From: an uncultured Spirochaetota bacterium
GTDB lineage: Bacteria > Spirochaetota > Spirochaetia > SZUA-6 > Fen-1364
Reading direction: 5' to 3'
NCBI GenBank assembly: GCA_963781885.1
Contig: CAWAHW010000002.1
Coordinates: forward strand, 147,119 to 211,118
DNA: 64,000 bases
Below are positions 58,974 to 64,000 of the stretch, piece after piece (positions within the stretch are counted from its first letter, which is position 1; every line of letters starts with the position of its first letter). Made by a program: the position numbers and the translations under genes. The notes below the pieces were generated by a model, which searched no databases, had not been told where the DNA came from, and was given only the letters and a program-made list of their open reading frames with translations.

Positions 58974-60468
58974 CAGGGCGCGTGGCGCCCCGCGGTTTCT
59001 GCTGCCGTGCGCGCATTCCGCGGAGCGCCGCCCAGAGCACCAGCCCCAGCGCGAGCGCCATGCCCGCGTACGCGAACCATTCGCCGATGAGCGCATAGAG
59101 GGACGGCACCCTGCGCGTCGGTACATCGGCGAGCATCAACCGGTCGCTCGTCTCGAAGAACTCCTGCCGGGCCAGAACCCGGCCCGACCCGTCGACGGCC
59201 ATCGAGGTGCCGTCATTCGTCTGGCGGACCACGGAGAAGCCGTTCTCCAGGCCGCGCAGGAGACCGACCTCCGTGTGATACGGCCTGATGCGCTCACGGT
59301 CGAATGCCGGTACCAGCACGATGTCGGTGCGCAGGGCGCCCAGCCGGTGGATGAATGACGGGAAGTCCATGTCGAAACAAATGGCGGCGCCGATCCTGCC
59401 GTAGGGCGTGTCGACGGTCTTCAGGACGCCGTCGGAGCCCGTGGGGTACCAGGACATGGTCTTCACGTACGTGAATGCCCGGGTACCATCGGGTGCGAAC
59501 ATCACGATCTTGTTGTCGCTGATGGTGCTGCCGTAGTGCAGCACGACCATGGCGGGAGCGAAGTAGATCCCGTGGCTGCGGGCAAACTGCGCCGCCCGGT
59601 CCATGAATGCCTGCTCGTTGTCCTCCGTGAGCACGAGGTTGCCCTCCGACCAGAATATGATGCGCGCACCGGCGGCGGCCGCGCGCTCGCTCTGGGTCAT
59701 GAGCTGTTCCTGGATGCCCTGGAGCTCCGCGGCATAGCCGGCCACGAGCGCGCGCGGCGTGGACTGGTCGATCCATGCCCAGTAGTCCCGGGGATGCGCG
59801 ATGGTGACCGATCCGACGCGGACCGTCGGTGCGGAAGGCCGGGCAAGGGCGAAGCGCGCGCTGCCGAATGCAAGCAGGGCGAGTGTCACGGAGCCTGCCA
59901 CGACGGCCAGTCTTTTTACGGAAGCAAAATCCCCACGGGCCTCCCAGAGAGTGTTGATCACCGACGCGATCCACCCGATGAGGAAGCCGACGCCCCAGGT
60001 GCCGAACAGAGAGGCGACCTGACTGACTGCGGGGAATCCCATCTGGGTCGCTGCGACGGACATGCCGCTTCCCAGCGGCGTGAGGGCGATTGCGTAGTCC
60101 ACGACCAGGGCGACAGAGGGGTAGACGAGCGTGGATGCCCATTTCGGCAGGCGGCCGCGAAGCGCGCGGTCGAAGAAGAGCGCGGCAATGAGGGCGGCGG
60201 CCCGCAGGAAACTGAAGGTGTAGACCATCCAGGCATCCATGTCCCAACCGCCATTCATCTGCACGAACGAAGCGATTGCCAGCGCAAGCACGGCCGGCAG
60301 GGCCGCATACCAGCGCTTCTGGTCGCGGAAGTACCGGATGAGAAGCACCGCCGAGATCCAGGCGGCAATCGCGACATTGAATCGCCAGCCGACGAATGCA
60401 AAACACCCGGCCCCGATGACGAGCAGAACCCACGGCCGGAAAATCCGCCAGAAACGCGCGGTGTCCAT
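58957..60468 (-). CDS. lnt: apolipoprotein N-acyltransferase
   Basis: N-terminal multi-TM region plus a C-terminal carbon-nitrogen hydrolase domain (AAICFDMDFP, catalytic Cys). RBS aggagg. Confidence 0.85.
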   Translation of the reverse strand: MDTARFWRIFRPWVLLVIGAGCFAFVGWRFNVAIAAWISAVLLIRYFRDQKRWYAALPAVLALAIASFVQMNGGWDMDAWMVYTFSFLRAAALIAALFFDRALRGRLPKWASTLVYPSVALVVDYAIALTPLGSGMSVAATQMGFPAVSQVASLFGTWGVGFLIGWIASVINTLWEARGDFASVKRLAVVAGSVTLALLAFGSARFALARPSAPTVRVGSVTIAHPRDYWAWIDQSTPRALVAGYAAELQGIQEQLMTQSERAAAAGARIIFWSEGNLVLTEDNEQAFMDRAAQFARSHGIYFAPAMVVLHYGSTISDNKIVMFAPDGTRAFTYVKTMSWYPTGSDGVLKTVDTPYGRIGAAICFDMDFPSFIHRLGALRTDIVLVPAFDRERIRPYHTEVGLLRGLENGFSVVRQTNDGTSMAVDGSGRVLARQEFFETSDRLMLADVPTRRVPSLYALIGEWFAYAGMALALGLVLWAALRGMRARQQKPRGATRPATAAR

Positions 60469-60580
60469 GAAATCCTCCTGTGATGATGTGAACAGCCTTT
60501 TTGACGTGCCCGCCGCGCCTTTCACTTCACCATTCTGACGCCATCTTGATTCCCGCTGCCTGCACCCGTAGCATCCGTGC

Positions 60581-61552
60581 ATGGAGCTTCCCGACGGTCT
60601 TCTCACCCAGGCGCTCAGTATCACCGCCGACGGTGCCCGCATTGTCGACGCAATGATCCGGGACGCGGACCGGCCCGCGCCGCGCTTCGGCGCCCCGGGC
60701 AGTGTCGAGGAGCTGCGCGTGCCGGTGGAGGGGGGAGAGATCCGCGTGTTCCACGTCCCCTGCGACGACCCCGCGGCCCGCAGGCCGGTGGTCATGGTGC
60801 CGGGTTTCGGTGCTACGCCGGAGGGCTTCCAGGACTTCTATGCGGCCGTGCAGGGCCGGGCGGAGCTCTACTACGTGGAGACCCGGGAGAAGTCCAGCAG
60901 CAGGATATTCACCACTGGCGCGGACATGAGCGTCGGCCGCAGCGCGCGCGACGTGCAGCAGGCGCTCGAATGGATCGGGCTCGGCGGGTCGGGCGATTTT
61001 CTCCTCATGGCCCCCTGCTGGGGCGCGGCCATCGTGCTCGAGGGTCTCCGTGAAGGCTGCCTCCGTGCGCCGACGGTCGTGGTTGCCGACCCCATGCATG
61101 CCCTGTGGTTTCCGAAGCCGCTTCTGCGCTGGGCGGCGCCCATCGTTCCCGCGTCCTTTCTCCGGCTGCTCCGTCCCGTGATCGCACGATCGATGCTGGG
61201 CGACATGCAGGAGCCGACGCAGAAGGAACGCGCGCTGGCGTTCGTGTACGGGGCTGACGTCTGGAAGTGGAAGACCGCGGCGCACGCTGCATGGGACTTC
61301 GAGCTGATCGGCAGGCTCGGGCAGATACGGCGCGAAGTCTTTGTCCTCAACGGCACCCGGGACAAGATCCACGACCAGACCTTCTATCCCCGCATCGCCG
61401 CGGAGATGCCTTGCGGACGATTCATCTCCATGCCCACCGACGAATCGAACCGCGAGAGACTCTTTGGCGTCGCGGCAGTGGAATTTTCGCGTGTCTCGGC
61501 AGCCGATGGATTGCCGGGCTCACTTGCGCGCTTTGAAAAGAAAATTCGTTGA
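60581..61552 (+). CDS. alpha/beta-fold hydrolase with a probable Cys nucleophile (A-P-C-W-G elbow)
   Basis: VVMVPGFGAT ... FLLMAPCWGAAIV. Confidence 0.7.
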   Translation: MELPDGLLTQALSITADGARIVDAMIRDADRPAPRFGAPGSVEELRVPVEGGEIRVFHVPCDDPAARRPVVMVPGFGATPEGFQDFYAAVQGRAELYYVETREKSSSRIFTTGADMSVGRSARDVQQALEWIGLGGSGDFLLMAPCWGAAIVLEGLREGCLRAPTVVVADPMHALWFPKPLLRWAAPIVPASFLRLLRPVIARSMLGDMQEPTQKERALAFVYGADVWKWKTAAHAAWDFELIGRLGQIRREVFVLNGTRDKIHDQTFYPRIAAEMPCGRFISMPTDESNRERLFGVAAVEFSRVSAADGLPGSLARFEKKIR

Positions 61553-61590
61553 CAAGGACTCTCTCCTGAGTTAACTTGACATTCTAATAT

Positions 61591-63066
61591 ATGACTAATT
61601 TAGTCAGGTATTACCGCGTGCTCCTGATGACGTCGCTTCTTGCGCTGGCCGTGCATCCGCTCACGGCCGCCAACCAGCACGCCGATCCCCTGTCGCCTGT
61701 CGCCGAGGTGGGCAGACAGAGCCTGCAGCTCCTTGCCGCGGGGAATGTCTCCGGCGCGGCCGCGGCGCTCGGGCAATTCGAGCCGCGCTGGTCGGCCGTG
61801 GAGGATGGCATCCGCGCGGAGAGCCCTGCGATTTACGCCCGCATCGAGGTGGCCTCCAGCCGCGCCGCTGCGGCGCTTTCTGCCGTTCCCCCCGACACCA
61901 CGCGCGCGGCGCGGGCCCTGAATGACCTGATTGCCGCCACCGACGACTATTCCAGCGGCGCGGCGCGAGGCCAGGCCGCGCGGGCTCCCGCCGGTATCGC
62001 TGCCCTCGCGACACTCATCGGACAGGTGAAAGACTCCATCACCGGTGGCGACATGGCACAGGCCTCCGACCTCATGCAGAGCTTCACCGAGGTGTGGCCC
62101 CTGGCGGAGCCGGAGGTGAAGTCGCGGTCGGCGCAGGCATACGCGCACATCGAATCCGACATGACGCGGGCCTCCTCCTTCCTGCTCTCGGATGCGGCAT
62201 CGCAGGTGAAAGCGCGCGAGCCCGTGGAGAGGATCAAGGCCGAGCTGGACGGGCTTTCAGCCGGGACGTCGTACAATGCCTGGGATGCCGGCCTCATCCT
62301 CTTCCGCGAAGGCATGGAAGCCCTCCTGATCATCGCTGCGCTGCTGGCGGCCCTGAAAAAGGCCGGTACGGGCTCGGGCGCCGGCGTCGTCTGGGCAGGT
62401 GCCGGGGTCGGGTTGCTCGGAAGCGTGATCATCGCCGTCATCATTGGATTCGCCATCAGCGGCGCCATGATCGGGTCCGCGCGCGAGGGGCTGGAAGGGA
62501 TCGTGGGGCTCGCCTCGGTTCTCCTGATGCTCACGGTCGGTGCCTGGCTGCACAGCCGGTCCAGCCTCAAGGCCTGGAACGGCTTCGTGAAGGAAAAGGT
62601 GGGCACGGCAATCGCCGCCGGGCGCATGGGAGCGCTCTTCACGCTCGCGCTTTTCGCCGTCTTGCGGGAAGGCGTGGAAGCGGTGGTCTTCTATATCGGC
62701 ATCGCGCCGGGCATCGGGGCGACGGCCCTTGTTGCCGGCATCGGCGGGGCGCTTCTCCTCCTGGTGGTGATCGGCTTTCTCGTCATCAGATTCAGTGTCA
62801 GGCTGCCGCTGCACTGGGTCTTCCTCGCCGCGACGGTGCTCATCTATTACCTTGCATTCAAGATTACGGGAACGAGCGTCCGGGCGCTCCAGTCAGCCGG
62901 CATGCTGCCCTCACATTTCGCCGAGGGTCTTCCCAGCGCGGGTTTCCTCGGCATGTCCCCGTCCTGGGAATCATTCGTGCCGCAGGCTTTCGTTCTCATG
63001 CTGGTGCTCGTGGAGGTGGCGCTCACCGAGACGCGGAGACTCGCCTCCCGACATCGCGGCGCCTGA
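61591..63066 (+). CDS. FTR1-family iron permease with an about 230-aa N-terminal periplasmic extension
   Basis: Signal peptide, then two REGxE motifs (FREGMEALL and LREGVEAVV) in a 7-TM core. Confidence 0.8.
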   Translation: MTNLVRYYRVLLMTSLLALAVHPLTAANQHADPLSPVAEVGRQSLQLLAAGNVSGAAAALGQFEPRWSAVEDGIRAESPAIYARIEVASSRAAAALSAVPPDTTRAARALNDLIAATDDYSSGAARGQAARAPAGIAALATLIGQVKDSITGGDMAQASDLMQSFTEVWPLAEPEVKSRSAQAYAHIESDMTRASSFLLSDAASQVKAREPVERIKAELDGLSAGTSYNAWDAGLILFREGMEALLIIAALLAALKKAGTGSGAGVVWAGAGVGLLGSVIIAVIIGFAISGAMIGSAREGLEGIVGLASVLLMLTVGAWLHSRSSLKAWNGFVKEKVGTAIAAGRMGALFTLALFAVLREGVEAVVFYIGIAPGIGATALVAGIGGALLLLVVIGFLVIRFSVRLPLHWVFLAATVLIYYLAFKITGTSVRALQSAGMLPSHFAEGLPSAGFLGMSPSWESFVPQAFVLMLVLVEVALTETRRLASRHRGA

Positions 63067-63072
63067 CACAGC

Positions 63073-63996
63073 CTATCGGCGGGAAGTCTTTTCCTTTTTC
63101 TTCCGCAACCGTTCGACCTCTCGCGGCTTTCCCAGACGGGTCCATGCGGCGATGGCCTCGTCGAAACGGCCCAGGTGCTCGAAGGCCCGCGCCGCCGCGC
63201 GCTCGTCCCCCGAGGCCCGGGCAACGCGGAGGGCCGAGTCGTAGTCGTGGCCGTCCATGTACCACCGCACCGCGTCCGGCATTTCCCCGCGCTGTTCCGC
63301 ATACCGGCCCGCAAGGGCCTGGTCCTTTTGTCTGAAACACGCGGCTTCCGCCTGGTCGATCCAGTCGTTCGCCATGAGATGCGCGACCGCCTCGCGGTAG
63401 CGCGCCCGACTCTCGCCGAGCACCACCGCGTTTGCATCCGTGAGCGCGAGCGCCGCGGCCCGGCGCTCGAACTCCGCGATGTCCCCGGCGGCGAAGGCGG
63501 CGCAGGCCGCGAGGCCGGCATCCCCCGTTTCGCGCGCACCGCGATTGACCCTTTCGATGAGGCCCAGGAGGTCCTCCGGCGGGGACGATCTCAGGAACAT
63601 GTTGTGCCCAAGGATGCCCATGATGACATTCGCCACCCGGTGGGTGATGAGCATATCGAGGGCCGCCGGCGGAATGAAGAACGTGGTGATCATCGCACCG
63701 TAGACCTGGTCGAAGACCCTCTCGATCAAGGGCCGCGCCGTCGCGGAGTCGGCGCCCCGCACGCTCGCCGCGAGCATCGTGAAGGTGACCTCGATGAGCG
63801 CCTTGTCCTCCACACCGGCCTGATAGTGCTGCATCCACTGGACGTGGGCGTAGGATTCGACGAACACACCGGAGACCGTGACCCCCGGCGCGCTGGCGTA
63901 GCGGCGCGCTTCCTCGATCTTGTCGGAGGAGAGGAAGTACTGGAGAGCCTCCTCGTGCCTGCCCAGGCGCAGGCATATCTCCCGCACGTTTTCCAA
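63073..63996 (-). CDS. hypothetical protein (helical, Ala/Arg-rich; may extend beyond the window end)
   Basis: ORF of at least 307 aa on the minus strand. It is the only long ORF in this stretch and has no recognisable motif. Confidence 0.45.
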   Translation of the reverse strand: MENVREICLRLGRHEEALQYFLSSDKIEEARRYASAPGVTVSGVFVESYAHVQWMQHYQAGVEDKALIEVTFTMLAASVRGADSATARPLIERVFDQVYGAMITTFFIPPAALDMLITHRVANVIMGILGHNMFLRSSPPEDLLGLIERVNRGARETGDAGLAACAAFAAGDIAEFERRAAALALTDANAVVLGESRARYREAVAHLMANDWIDQAEAACFRQKDQALAGRYAEQRGEMPDAVRWYMDGHDYDSALRVARASGDERAAARAFEHLGRFDEAIAAWTRLGKPREVERLRKKKEKTSRR

Positions 63997-64000
63997 ATCC

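Overview
This is a 64 kb, roughly 65% GC, gene-dense chromosomal segment of a bacterium. It is Gram-negative-like because Lnt is present. Read in order, the window contains: (i) the end of a sugar ABC importer operon (permease, frameshifted ATPase, permease, binding protein); (ii) a minus-strand ytrA-like operon (GntR regulator, SPFH/band-7 protein, ABC ATPase, two ABC-2 permeases); (iii) a PadR regulator followed by a degraded SAM methyltransferase; (iv) a bacterial microcompartment (metabolosome) locus at about 11.4-21.0 kb with two near-identical BMC-H genes, a BMC-T, four BMC-P pentamer paralogs, a CoA-acylating aldehyde dehydrogenase, RpiB, DeoC, Rpe, an aldose epimerase and an aldo/keto reductase. 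Two SDR genes precede it, a divergent GntR/sugar-binding regulator sits upstream, and no phosphotransacylase was found; (v) an IclR-associated carbohydrate cluster at 23.5-34.4 kb (SDR, cupin, ABC importer, two FGGY kinases, a class II aldolase-family enzyme, a TIM-barrel sugar-phosphate isomerase) that resembles tetritol/ketose phosphorylative catabolism; (vi) a roughly 1440-aa CoA-enzyme-activase/dehydratase fusion gene broken by three frameshifts, with an ArsR-like regulator; (vii) scattered purine-hydroxylase-type genes (YgeY-like M20, 8-oxoguanine-deaminase-like amidohydrolase, YgfM-like FAD subunit, XdhD-like Mo subunit whose Fe-S domain has no cysteines, YgeW-like carbamoyltransferase); (viii) envelope and housekeeping genes (isocitrate dehydrogenase with a C-terminal extension, SPFH plus RHH pair, TetR-MFS cassette, YegS-like lipid kinase, PlsC, Lnt, FTR1 iron permease). 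At least eleven frameshifts interrupt otherwise intact genes, most of them at G/C homopolymers. This looks more like indel sequencing error than true pseudogenes. No rRNA, tRNA, CRISPR array or transposase was found.
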